Shown piece by piece: positions 38,167 to 49,200 of a stretch of DNA of 64,000 nt. Position 1 is the first letter of the stretch. The number at the start of each line of letters is the position of its first letter. Below the pieces are notes generated by a model, which was given only the letters and a program-made list of their open reading frames with translations, did no database searches and was not told the origin of the DNA. Origin of the DNA: Minisyncoccota bacterium (lineage in GTDB: Bacteria; Patescibacteriota; Microgenomatia; UBA1400; UBA12028); NCBI GenBank assembly GCA_016211945.1, contig JACRHV010000006.1:46723-110722 (forward strand). The letters run 5' to 3'. Made by a program: the position numbers and the translations under genes.

Positions 38167-39978
38167 CTACGACACAAGCCGCGCAGGACTTCCAACGAGC
38201 GCTGAATATGTCATTTCAAATACACCAAATCGCATGCCACCCGCATATGCGATTGAAAGCCAGGAGGGTAGATGTTCAGTATCGTGCGTGTAAGAAGTTG
38301 GTTTTTCTGATGACGCATTTTTTTCTTCAGAATGGCGCACAAGCGATTTTAAGGTATCTTTTGCTTCACAAAAATAACAAATTCCGCACTCGCCAACCCA
38401 ATCGCCAACATGTTTTCCCGCATGTTTTTTTTCACGTTTACGCTCACACAGAGGATTTTTACACCCCTCATCAGAGAACTTCCACGCTGTGTCAAATCGG
38501 TGCGCACCAATGAAGGAACGGAGCTGTTCTTGCGTAAAATCTTGACTACGAAAAAATGAAAGAAGTGCATCAGAAGTTCCAAAAGATTGTAGGTCTGGGA
38601 TGCCTAAAGAGGAGGCAAATGAAGGTTGTGATAACACCGTTCGTATGCCGCCGAACGGAGTTCCCGCTGCGCAGTCGACGACTGACAAAAAGTCAAACTG
38701 TAGAGAACCCATGGTTGGTGCTTTTTTAATAATGTGGGACAAAAATGTTTCTCGTACTTCCGGAAGTTTTTCTGAAGCAAGAGTTTTTCGCCGTTTTGGA
38801 TGCAGAAATTGTTTGTATGCATCCCACACCGCATTTGAATTAAAATCGCCATCGTCAAATCCAAGACCATTCATAGCAACCTCGTTTGCGATGCTCAGCG
38901 CAGCTTCTGAATACGCGTCGTGGTGAAGATATTCTTCAATCAGAACAGAGGTCATGGTCTCCACAACCCTCCTCATTCTTTTTTCGCGAGTATTGAATCG
39001 CGCAATTGCTGTTTGGTGTTCTGTAAGAATAGTTTGAATCTGAGGGGAATCAAGAGAAGCTTTGTGGAGAAGCGCCGTGAAGAATGATTGTGTGTCCAAA
39101 TGTTGAAACATGAAATCAACAGGAAGAATCTGTTGCATTAGTTCCGGTTCTGTTTGGGGGAGAGGGGGTTGGGAGGTATGGAGAGATGCATGTTCCATGA
39201 GATGTGAGAGCTCAGACAAAGGAAGAGCGGCCTTGTACTGATGAAGAAACACAAAGAATTGGTGGCCTTCCGGTAAATAGGGGTTGTATGCGAGCTGGAC
39301 GGCCTCAAGAAATGATTCTCTGTCTGGATGATATACTTGGTGATCTGGCATCGCAAAAATATATTTTTGACCAACAGATGTCGCCCTATCAGCTTCTTTT
39401 CGCATGTGCGGAGGAATAGTCTTTCGGATGTCCTGAGGAAGAGAACCTGAATATGAAATAAATCCTTCAGGAGGAGTGTGTGCGATGTGTTCAATAAGCA
39501 TGTGTGGCGCTGTATGAGAAAGTTCGGAGCTCATAAGAGTCATCACTTCCTTAAGTTGAGCTGCTTCTCTTGCATACCGCTGTGCTCGTTCTAGGTCATG
39601 ATTCTTCATGGCAAGCATCATCGCTTTGCGCTGCTGATCCATAAGACCTTGGTGTGCGTATTGAACTCCCACCAAATCGTCGATATGCAATGTTTGTGCT
39701 GTATGCCACAGAGGAGTGACGACGTTGCAGTAAAAACGAAAACGCATTTCTTCTTGGAGATACGTCGCGTACTCTTTGTGTAAAAGTTCCGAAACGTGCG
39801 GTCGAACGCGCTTTTTTGTAATGAATGAAGGAGTGTTTCCGTAGTGCTGAAAAAGAGATTCAATGGGACCACGGAGTGTGTGGTAGAGATTGAATCGAGG
39901 AACAGGTATGCCAGTGCGTTGTTGAATATATTCTTTGGTTGGAGAACGTCTGGTACGAGTTTCGGCTGCAACGGCCAT
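38167..39978 (-). CDS. hypothetical 603-aa protein (first gene of the minus-strand T4SS-like operon)
   Basis: long ORF, no TM or P-loop, Cys cluster 'CERKREKKHAGKHVGDWVGECGICYFCEAKD'; no family recognised. Confidence 0.5.
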   Translation of the reverse strand: MAVAAETRTRRSPTKEYIQQRTGIPVPRFNLYHTLRGPIESLFQHYGNTPSFITKKRVRPHVSELLHKEYATYLQEEMRFRFYCNVVTPLWHTAQTLHIDDLVGVQYAHQGLMDQQRKAMMLAMKNHDLERAQRYAREAAQLKEVMTLMSSELSHTAPHMLIEHIAHTPPEGFISYSGSLPQDIRKTIPPHMRKEADRATSVGQKYIFAMPDHQVYHPDRESFLEAVQLAYNPYLPEGHQFFVFLHQYKAALPLSELSHLMEHASLHTSQPPLPQTEPELMQQILPVDFMFQHLDTQSFFTALLHKASLDSPQIQTILTEHQTAIARFNTREKRMRRVVETMTSVLIEEYLHHDAYSEAALSIANEVAMNGLGFDDGDFNSNAVWDAYKQFLHPKRRKTLASEKLPEVRETFLSHIIKKAPTMGSLQFDFLSVVDCAAGTPFGGIRTVLSQPSFASSLGIPDLQSFGTSDALLSFFRSQDFTQEQLRSFIGAHRFDTAWKFSDEGCKNPLCERKREKKHAGKHVGDWVGECGICYFCEAKDTLKSLVRHSEEKNASSEKPTSYTHDTEHLPSWLSIAYAGGMRFGVFEMTYSALVGSPARLVS

Positions 39979-40103
39979 ATAATGTCCTTACTCGTTCCTG
40001 ACTTTCTCCATGGAGGAGTTCACAGTTGCGGCACAGTCCACGATTTCCACGTGGTTCCGAGTTGGATTATGGTAGCAGAGAATATGATGGTTGTGAAGAT
40101 TGA

Positions 40104-41444
40104 ATGTGGAGTGTGGGTGGCGAATACATTATTGATGGATCATTGCGTTTTTATAGAGTGGTAGGTAGGATGGAGCATATGGGATTTGATACATCAATGC
40201 TCGGTGTGGAAGGGGTGGAGGCATTTACTTCTCAGCCCGCTTCAGCTCATACGACAGCTGATGCAGTAGCAGATGAAGGTGTTGTAGATGGTGGAGCCGC
40301 AACGTGGATGCCAACCGCAGACGCCGCCACTAAAAACGTGGCCCCAGAAGATGAGAAAAAACAAAAGAAAGAGTTAAAGGAAGAAGACTACGATCTACTT
40401 GCCGCACTCGTTCGACAGCTCAACGAAGCAAATACCGCCTTTTATATAGAGGAGGCGAAAGCTCCAGAAAATCTCGAGGAGCTTAGAAAAGAACATAAAA
40501 AGAACATGCAAACACTTCATGAGCCCATTCTCCTTACGTTAGGAAATTCCGAGCAAAAAGTAGCCCACATTCTTACTAGAGATTTATTTGATCTTTCCCA
40601 ATCTGCAAAAGTTTTTTTTGAGATTACTCGCGTGCTTCAGGATTCTCCCTCAGAGGAGAAACTTACATATAGACTGGAGTTGGAGCATGTAGTTTCTGAG
40701 GGACTTACTCGAGAAATCGTGCGAAAAACACAAGAAAGTCAGAGAGCTTCTAAAGAAGAACCGCAAACAGAGGAAGAGATAAAAAAGGAAGATGCTAGTA
40801 AGGTTCTTGACAAGATTATTGAGAATCCAAATTTGGACGAAGAAAAGAAAAGCCATTTTCGAAAGCTAAAAGAGGCTTTGTTAGCCCTGCCCGGTGAGTT
40901 CTCAGAACACGTTATACAGGGGACCCATATTGATCAACTTATCGAATTTCTTCTAGTGGGAGGATCGTACGGATCATCCTCTGGAAGTTTTGAACATATG
41001 AAGAAAAAAGGGGAGGATTGGTTGGTTGGACACACACATATCGTAGAAGTTTTTGGCCAGCCACCAGAAGGAAATAATCGATGTTTCCACGCCATGGAGG
41101 AAACACTGTTAGAAATTGGCGACACCGATGTTCAAAACAATATACAGAATAAAAATACAGCAAAAGAATTTCTCGATGAAGAAAAAAAGTTTGATTTTAG
41201 CAAATATAAAATGTGGCTTATCTCAAAATATAAACTCTTTTTTGCCATACAGCGCGATGCTGTGGTGAAAAAACTGAAAGAACAGTTATGTGATGGTCTG
41301 GAAGGAAGAAGAGGGATAAAGGTGAAGGTTAAAGATGAACAAAAAGAAGTAGATGAACGAGAATCAAAAGAACTCAGACTCTCGCAAGACGCTCTAGATT
41401 TATTTTTAGAGATGGCGATGGATGCTACGGAGAAGGAAAAATAA
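40104..41444 (+). CDS. hypothetical acidic Glu/Lys-rich protein (start uncertain)
   Basis: 446-aa ORF, highly charged, predicted helical; divergent from 38167..39978. Confidence 0.45.
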   Translation: MWSVGGEYIIDGSLRFYRVVGRMEHMGFDTSMLGVEGVEAFTSQPASAHTTADAVADEGVVDGGAATWMPTADAATKNVAPEDEKKQKKELKEEDYDLLAALVRQLNEANTAFYIEEAKAPENLEELRKEHKKNMQTLHEPILLTLGNSEQKVAHILTRDLFDLSQSAKVFFEITRVLQDSPSEEKLTYRLELEHVVSEGLTREIVRKTQESQRASKEEPQTEEEIKKEDASKVLDKIIENPNLDEEKKSHFRKLKEALLALPGEFSEHVIQGTHIDQLIEFLLVGGSYGSSSGSFEHMKKKGEDWLVGHTHIVEVFGQPPEGNNRCFHAMEETLLEIGDTDVQNNIQNKNTAKEFLDEEKKFDFSKYKMWLISKYKLFFAIQRDAVVKKLKEQLCDGLEGRRGIKVKVKDEQKEVDERESKELRLSQDALDLFLEMAMDATEKEK

Positions 41445-41558
41445 TCGCTTACTTTTGTAGTAAGACAACTCGATGCCTCTCAGACCAGTAAATCTCTGGT
41501 AATAGAAATGTAAAAATAAAGACAACGCTCCCGCCAATCTCGTGTTAAAATAAGTACC

Positions 41559-44450
41559 ATGGTTACTAGATTAGAAACGCCAGCACAAGTAATAGAGGAA
41601 GTTTCAGAGGAGAGGGTTGGGCCACAAGAAATAAAAAATTTCCCGGAATTTTATGCATTCAATAGAGCACGGGGGACATTATATGACAAAATGCGCGCTG
41701 TTCGTGGAGCTCCCCCAGCAACACCAATTCTTTTGGAGGAACACGCAGCCCTAAGAGTTTTTTTGGACGACATTGAAGCATATACAGACGCGAGCATCTC
41801 TCTTTATGAGAGATTGAAACGTGATGGATATGTCCGTGCAGACGAACTTATGAAGGCGGTGCGTGACGAACTTCGTGTGAAAACGGAATCATTATTTGAG
41901 CGGCCGAATTGTCAAATAGAAATAACCGGTACACAATATCCAGCTGAACAAGTGAAATTAGGATTGTACGCTGCGTCTCGGCTTAAGTTAAGACAGATAT
42001 TATCTCAAGGACTTACCCCATCAAATCTCCGTGAAGCACGGGTGTTGTATCGCGCAATGTTTACTTCGCCCGCCGGGCAAATATCGCTCCAGTCTCATAC
42101 CTTTTTTTCTCAAGAACTTCAAGGGGTTTTACAAGCATATCCAGAATTAATGATGGAAGAACCAGAACCAGTAGACATGAAGGATATTACTGATGCAACA
42201 GTAGAAAATAATGTAAGACTAGAAATTGAACAAATATTGGGACAGTTGGGTATAAGAGTAAGCGTTGATCAAGTGCTCCAAACGATAAATGATTGGCAAC
42301 AACGACTTATAGCGTACGATGATAGTCCTTCTGAAAGGGGAGTTATAAATAACGTTCCAATGCTTTCTAGCCTCGAAGGTGAATTGAGAAAAAAGGGAGA
42401 TGCCTTAACCGCCTTTGATCGAGTAAACAAGGTAGGATTAAAACTAAGATCAATAGCAGATGTATTAGCACAAATCATTCAAGACTCACAAACATTAGAC
42501 AACATCGATGAACGAAGAAGAATGGATGTGTGGGTTGATGCGGAGTTGCGCAATTTAGAAAACTCTATAATCACAAGAACTGGAATAGACTTTAAAACAT
42601 ACATTGAGATGATTTTGGATCCAAATTTTGATCCAAACGCAGCAGATGATGATGCGGACACAAATCTTCAAGATATTATTACGAAACTTGAGGCAGAAAG
42701 AAATAGACTTCTTCAACGAAGAGGAAACAGTCCTGTTGCAAGTAGAGTAGCAAATCAACTCAATGAAGATACTTTAGCGAAGATAGTTGGAGAGTGGATT
42801 GTAAAGGCGCGCGATGCGAAAAGAAAAGTGGGGACGCGGACACCCGCAATACCCCTCGTTGATGAGGATGCGCCTCCTAATGTAGCAAAACCCGACATTA
42901 TAAGAATGTATGAAAAAAGAGGATTATCTCAAAATGAACTTATGATGGAGGCAGATAAATACTTATCTGCATTAGAAAGTTCTGAAGAGGGAACAGGAAA
43001 CATAAAAAATAGAGAAACCGTTGTATATCTTGACGCACTACAAGAACTACTTCAAGGAGAAAAGCGTGAATATGTAAGAAGGCGCATAAGATTGTATGAT
43101 GCAGCATCATATGCTGGTGCAAGTAAATCAATGATTGTATCCTATGATGTCCTAATAAAAGGACAAGATAAAAGTGGGGACATATGGGGGGGGAATGGAT
43201 CAAATAAATTTGACGAAAAGGACTATGATTTCTTTTTAAGAGAATGGGACAAACGTGATCAAGTATCTAGAGTTCTTGATGCATTTGCTTATCTTTTCAG
43301 TACCAAACAAATAAATAATGCACCAAATGAATTTTATGCTCCTAATTATCGAGAAGATGAACCTACAAGGAATAAGTTGTGGGCTGAGGCTGGGAGAATT
43401 TCTGGAGTACAGGGAGACGCACTCACGATAGGAATTTATTTAGCAATCTGTTTGGATATGCGAAGGTATTTTGCTATGGCAGAGTATGCAAGAGGATGGT
43501 CTCCTAGGCATGATTTTGCCGCAACAATTGAATGTGTTCAAAAACATAATCCTAATGTTTCGGCGGCATATAAAATTTCTGGAAAAGGAGAAGAACCTGT
43601 TAATTTTGCATTAACATTTGCAGCGATGCCCCCACAATGGACCAGGCTAGCAGAATTCGATATAGGAGCTCATACATCTCAGGACGTGGCTAGACGAAAA
43701 TTAGATAACCTGCTTTTAGCAGATCGCGCAACGAAATTATACTTAGATACCTATGCCCCCATAAGGCAAAAGAGATATCAATTAATAGACGGGAAAAACC
43801 CATGTCCAACTCTTTATGAATTTTTTGTATTAAGACAAGCGGATAGGCTAAGGGGCAAACCCATGACTCTTAAAGACTATTTCAAGGGATATGACTCATT
43901 TGGGAAACTTTATGAAGAATGTGCAAAAACTATTTCGTTTACCGGTGACGCAAAAAAGGACATGGATATTATTTTAAAAGATGTGAGAAATATTCGTGAG
44001 AATTTGTTTTCAGGAACAAAAGCGCTTCCAATGATTGATGCAGAGTATAGAGCACAGATGATTTTATCCCATATATTTATGTTATTTAAAGAATATAATT
44101 TGAAACATCCAGATGGAGCGAATCTTGACAGTTTGAAAGTTGCTGTAAGAAAACTTCTTGAAGAAGGTGCAACATTTTCCACAGGAGGCTTCGAAGATGA
44201 AGACGGACAACAAGTAAATACACAACAGTTTTTTGTAAGAAGATTTCCAGATTACGTTGCACCGGGACTTGCTGGAAGGGGAACTATTGTTACCTATGCA
44301 TTTCCCGGTACTCTTGCGCGAAAGTATGCGCCCATTTTATCTCCACACAGTTTAGATAGAACTTGGGCGAGAACAACCTGGGCCGAATTTAGAAGACAAA
44401 ATGCGCAGATCGAGCTTCCTGAAGCCCCAATGGAAGAGAAGAAAAAATAA
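41559..44450 (+). CDS. hypothetical 963-aa protein (candidate secreted substrate/effector; no motif)
   Basis: long uninterrupted ORF with normal codon usage; no Walker A, no TM; no relaxase motifs found. Confidence 0.55.
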   Translation: MVTRLETPAQVIEEVSEERVGPQEIKNFPEFYAFNRARGTLYDKMRAVRGAPPATPILLEEHAALRVFLDDIEAYTDASISLYERLKRDGYVRADELMKAVRDELRVKTESLFERPNCQIEITGTQYPAEQVKLGLYAASRLKLRQILSQGLTPSNLREARVLYRAMFTSPAGQISLQSHTFFSQELQGVLQAYPELMMEEPEPVDMKDITDATVENNVRLEIEQILGQLGIRVSVDQVLQTINDWQQRLIAYDDSPSERGVINNVPMLSSLEGELRKKGDALTAFDRVNKVGLKLRSIADVLAQIIQDSQTLDNIDERRRMDVWVDAELRNLENSIITRTGIDFKTYIEMILDPNFDPNAADDDADTNLQDIITKLEAERNRLLQRRGNSPVASRVANQLNEDTLAKIVGEWIVKARDAKRKVGTRTPAIPLVDEDAPPNVAKPDIIRMYEKRGLSQNELMMEADKYLSALESSEEGTGNIKNRETVVYLDALQELLQGEKREYVRRRIRLYDAASYAGASKSMIVSYDVLIKGQDKSGDIWGGNGSNKFDEKDYDFFLREWDKRDQVSRVLDAFAYLFSTKQINNAPNEFYAPNYREDEPTRNKLWAEAGRISGVQGDALTIGIYLAICLDMRRYFAMAEYARGWSPRHDFAATIECVQKHNPNVSAAYKISGKGEEPVNFALTFAAMPPQWTRLAEFDIGAHTSQDVARRKLDNLLLADRATKLYLDTYAPIRQKRYQLIDGKNPCPTLYEFFVLRQADRLRGKPMTLKDYFKGYDSFGKLYEECAKTISFTGDAKKDMDIILKDVRNIRENLFSGTKALPMIDAEYRAQMILSHIFMLFKEYNLKHPDGANLDSLKVAVRKLLEEGATFSTGGFEDEDGQQVNTQQFFVRRFPDYVAPGLAGRGTIVTYAFPGTLARKYAPILSPHSLDRTWARTTWAEFRRQNAQIELPEAPMEEKKK

Positions 44451-44465
44451 AAAATCAAAGGGAAA

Positions 44466-46154
44466 TTAACTCTTCTTTGTGGCGTCTTTCTTATCTGCGA
44501 AAGTTGTATCTCCAACTTTATTTGCAGCCCAATGACCGCCTTTTTTAAATTCTTCTTGGATAGGAACAAACGGGTCCGTTCCTGTTCCGCGAACAAAGTT
44601 TCCAGCGCTAATAAATGCACCTTTGCCAGCATCTGCAGCGGCACCAACTCCAACAGCCCCCTTCTTCAAAATATTCTCTCCAGAAACTCCGCCATATGGC
44701 AACTTTGTTGTATCTGTCCAGTCCAACCCATCCACCAACTTGCCACCCTTCCACCCTTTTTGCAAGTTGGCACTGATCTTTGGTATATACTGGTCGAATG
44801 GGCTCTTCGGATTCCCCAACATCTTGAGAGATATATCGATCGCTTCTGGCATGAGCATGAGGATGCCAATAGCAATGAGGCCTTGGATAGCACCAATGCC
44901 CTTAGAGTCAGCCCAAAATGTACTAATTTGTGGAGCTTGAAATCCCGCAGCCTGACTTGAGTCTGTACCATCAATCCATTTATATCCAACCCCCTTTGTT
45001 TCGCTTTGACCCCCTAAAACCATGGCGAGAAATATCATTGTGATAACAACGGGAAACGGTAGAAGTGTGGCAAAAAGACTGCGCAGCCACTCACTAAAAT
45101 CAAGTTTTCCGGTAAAAAGGTTTAACAAAAGTAATATTGGTGAAAAAATAACACTGATAATAAACTTGACATAACTCATGAGCAGTTTAAAAAATGTTTG
45201 TGTGACAGAGAAGAAAATAACAATGGCAAAAACAAGCTCTGCAATGATAGCACCCGAAACATTCGCAATTTTCCCAAGTCCTTGAAGATAAATATTGCTG
45301 TCTTTGCTGGAGAAAAACCCTTCAACAAGTTTCCCAACAGACAGTGCAGCTCCAGCCGTTGGATTTCCACTTCCTCCACCGAATATGAGTTGTAGTCCAT
45401 TTGAAAAAATATTGTTCGAAAGTGCAATTTTTTCAAGCGTAATTGGTTGTCCAAGTGGATCGGTAAGCGTTGGAGGAAGCAAATTTTGTAACTTAAAGAT
45501 GCCTATGATGAGATATATCATCAAATACATGATATCGATAAGAAAACCACTAATTGCAAACGAAAAAGTAATAGCAAGCGCGGTCCAGAGAAAATTTGGG
45601 ATAGCACTCGTTATGGTTACCGCTGTCTGTCCTCCCCATTTTTGCCGGAACATAATCATAAACCCGATGTACATAAATGCCAGAACAAAGAAGATATACG
45701 CAATGTCGCGAAATGCCTTCCATACTTGAAGAATAGGGCTCAAACTTTTAAACCCAATACCTTGTGCATACGCTTGAGGAACAAAAGGAGAATGTTCTAA
45801 AAGATCTGCAATCCAAACACCAGTATTTGCCGGAGGATGTGTGATCATGGCGGCCATCATATTTCCCATTTGTGGGACAACCCCCTGAATAACACTCTCT
45901 CCATCAGTCGAACGACCTCCAATAAGGATATCGGTCCACGAATGACTATTTCGCACCCAAGTTCCCAGATTATATGCCTCATTGTTAATATTACCCGTAT
46001 CTTGTGTGTGTTTGACCGCGTCATTAAATTCTTCATTGCTTGGGGTTACGAGCGATCTTCGCAAGTCTTCTGAAGGCCTTTCTGCAACAGCAAACACGGT
46101 ATGGGGAGTAAAAAAAAGCACAATGATCACAAGAAAAGAGAAAACGCGTTTCAT
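44466..46154 (-). CDS. VirB6/TrbL-like polytopic membrane protein with signal peptide and Gly-rich C-terminal tail
   Basis: start placed at 'MKRVFSFLVIIVLFFTPHTVFAVA' signal peptide; ~120-aa extracytoplasmic N-domain then at least 6 TM segments ('IAYIFFVLAFMYIGFMIMF', 'LWTALAITFSFAISGFLIDIMYLMIYLIIGIF' ...). Confidence 0.5.
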   Translation of the reverse strand: MKRVFSFLVIIVLFFTPHTVFAVAERPSEDLRRSLVTPSNEEFNDAVKHTQDTGNINNEAYNLGTWVRNSHSWTDILIGGRSTDGESVIQGVVPQMGNMMAAMITHPPANTGVWIADLLEHSPFVPQAYAQGIGFKSLSPILQVWKAFRDIAYIFFVLAFMYIGFMIMFRQKWGGQTAVTITSAIPNFLWTALAITFSFAISGFLIDIMYLMIYLIIGIFKLQNLLPPTLTDPLGQPITLEKIALSNNIFSNGLQLIFGGGSGNPTAGAALSVGKLVEGFFSSKDSNIYLQGLGKIANVSGAIIAELVFAIVIFFSVTQTFFKLLMSYVKFIISVIFSPILLLLNLFTGKLDFSEWLRSLFATLLPFPVVITMIFLAMVLGGQSETKGVGYKWIDGTDSSQAAGFQAPQISTFWADSKGIGAIQGLIAIGILMLMPEAIDISLKMLGNPKSPFDQYIPKISANLQKGWKGGKLVDGLDWTDTTKLPYGGVSGENILKKGAVGVGAAADAGKGAFISAGNFVRGTGTDPFVPIQEEFKKGGHWAANKVGDTTFADKKDATKKS

Positions 46155-46218
46155 GTCTTCGTATTGTACAGAACAATCGAGAGAACAACAAGCATTTTCC
46201 TGGTACAATACCAGAGAT

Positions 46219-49200
46219 ATGGTTCCTCGATTTTCTCTCTTTATTACCTCTGTTATTTCCATTTTTGTTTTTCTGGCATTTCCTTCCGGTATTCGAGCGG
46301 TAGAGTTGGGAACGCATGTTGCCCATTTTGATCGTGGAGCGGAGATCGGTGTTTTAGGCCTTATTCGAAGCAAGTTGAGCAAACAAGATGGATATCCCGT
46401 TACCATCAACATTGATCCGCAATGGTCAACAGCAGAGATCCAAGAACTTGCCGACAAGGCAGAAGGCTTTCGTGTTGCTCTTCGTATTATTAGCGTTTCA
46501 AGCAAAGCAACCCCAGAAGAAATGCAAACGCTTGTTCAACAACTCAATGGTGTGCGTTGGAAGACTACAGGAAAACCTGTTGTTGTGTTGGGAAACGAAC
46601 TGAATAACTTAGTAGATGAATGGAAAAGTATTGCTGTTTCAGTTGAGGCTGCGGGAGCTGCGTACACACCACTTCATGATGTGATATGGTCAGGGTCGCC
46701 AAAATTAGACATGGGAAGGTACGACCTTGCTGCTGCAACCATTGACCCATACCATCCGAACAACTGGAAACTTTTTGTGTCAGGGGCGGGGAGGGCATAT
46801 ACACAGCACAATACAATCTTTGTAGCAAACATCTATGAAAACAGTGCAGAGGACACAAAAAAACGGATTGAAGAAATCAAATCGGGAATTTCCGGAGTAC
46901 CGTCAAAAACAATACTCACAGAGTATGGACCAAAAGACCCCAAATCGCCGCTTGCTGAGTACATGCGGTTCTATAAAGAGAACGCTCCGCCATCCAATGT
47001 GGAATATGCGACCGCACTACTCGCTAATTATTGTAAGAAAGATAAGGCAGTTTTTGGATATTTCTACTATATAGAAGGAAAAGTGTACACGATTGATGGT
47101 GATGAGGTGGACCCACAAACCTGTCTCGGGGCAAAATCACTCACTGATGAATCAAAAACCCCAGATGATGAGGTAGACGGCATCTATGTCTACAAAGATA
47201 TCTATAAAAATGTGCTGTTAAATGGGGAAAAAGGAGGGAAGGAAAGTGCGTCAAGATACGTCATGATGTGTGCTCCGCAATTTTGGACAGACGCTGAGAT
47301 TCAAGACCAAGATAAAAAAATCTATTGGGAAAAACTTGGCGACAAGGCAAAAACACTCAGCGAGTACTGCACAAGTGAGATAGGATCAAATACGAACGAA
47401 CCAAACTGCGTATTCGATCCTGTCACTGCAAACTTTACTGTTATTAATGATAATCTTACGGTTCCGTTGTATAGGAAGGCGACCTTTAATGATAAAGGTC
47501 AGCAAATGGACAATAACAGGGCAGAAAGCATTGAGTCGTTTTTTGGAACGAACACAAAAGAGGGAAGAAAAACAGGGGATCCGCTTTTATATTCACCCAA
47601 CGTCAAACTTCTTTCAAAGGCGCAGTACTGCACTCAAACAGTTCGATACTTAAAGGCAATTGAGATGATGTGCCAAGAACCGCAAGCACAGCAATCAACA
47701 ACAGACAAAGAAATAGTGCCTAGGGGAAAATGCACATTGAACAATGAATTCGAGAACAGTCGAAAACAAAAAGTGCGCTATTTGGATATTCTCAAACAAG
47801 TAAAAGACAACGCGGCTGCTCAGGGGCTACAGACACCAGAAGACTATTGTGATCTTGTAGTAAAAAAACAAGACCCCAATCTCATGAAGGACCTTGCCCA
47901 AGTCCAACCGCTCACAAAAAATGCGTTTAAAATTGGATACCTTGTCTATTACAATACCGGGAGGTATAAAAAAGACTCAAATGATCCGGAAGACAAAGCC
48001 GCTTTTCAGGATAGCTCAGAATATTTCCACCCGGTCTACAGAACATTGCGCGATTACTATGCCAATGTGACATTCCAAGTAATTCCCTTCTTAGTTCCTG
48101 CAAATGTATTTAGCACCTCGTCACAGGAAGACGTTGTTGGAAATTCGTTCGCCTCGTTTGATAGTCCGTACACAACAGTATTTCAAACACTCATGCCGCA
48201 AGCAAAGATAAACCAATTGGCAGAAAGTGAACAAAAAAGAAGAGTGATGATTGAGTCTCAACTCGATCAACCATGGAATGCATTCAATGACGCTAGTCAG
48301 GAAAAACCGTACATTCAATGTCCTGTTTGCGATGACAGTTATAACAAGAGAGGATATGTTCCGTCGGTGGGGTCTTTAGCGGCAAACAAAACGTATCTCG
48401 CTTTTGCAAAAACGATATGGAGACGCATCAATGCGGGAATCTACACAAAAGAATTTGTGCAAAATTTGGATGTAAAACAGGGAAATGAACTCGTGGCCCA
48501 ACCTCCTGATATTTGGAATAGTTGCAATGTGGCGCCGGAACTCGTCCGCGGTGAGTCTGCGCAAGCACTCCATTCACAGGGTGGCATTTCCTTGATAAAG
48601 GATGGAAAAGAAACGTTGTGGGGGAAGGTGAAGCAGTCGGCGACAGAGATTACATCGCTCATCCGTGCTCCTAAGGGTACTCGGAGAGATCCGTATGAAT
48701 ATTACGTTCGGGGATATCTCCTTTTACCGCAAGAATACGGATATCTTCTCTCGACAGAACAGGATTTTCTGCGAGCGTTGATCCCGTACTCTGCACAAAA
48801 AAATATTTTAGAGACAGAGCAAAAGAAGAACGACTTTAACGCATTTGGTAATATCGCAGGACTTGATCCGTCTAAAGCAGACTATGATAAACAAGTTCCG
48901 CTATGGAATCGTTTTCTTCGCTTAAACGGCCAGGTTTTTGGACTAAACGATCTGACCGCAGACTCTACGGGAAAGCACGGCAAAGATGGGAATCCGGACA
49001 CATATTACACAGAATCTAAAGATGAATATGAAGCACGCGTCGCAAAAGCAAGACAAGATTGTGCAAATAGAGGGATTTTGCCAAGAGACTGCTCAATTCC
49101 GGAGCGGAAGAAAACAGAGATTACAGCAAAGCAAACATCACAAAATCCAGGATATAAAGAGGGAAAAACCGATTTTCGTCCCATCCTTCCGGGAGGATGG

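Noticed and set aside
41559-44450. 963-aa ORF considered as possible relaxase or coupling protein
   Set aside because: It has no Walker A/B motifs, no HxH/Tyr relaxase motifs and no TM anchor, so it is kept as hypothetical.
45982-46218. N-terminal 79 residues of the track ORF 45982..50028, and residues 1-117 of 44466..46505
   Set aside because: The two long ORFs would overlap by 524 nt on opposite strands. Clear signal peptides begin at internal Mets (46219 plus; 46154 minus), so the upstream extensions are non-coding read-through of the divergent promoter region.
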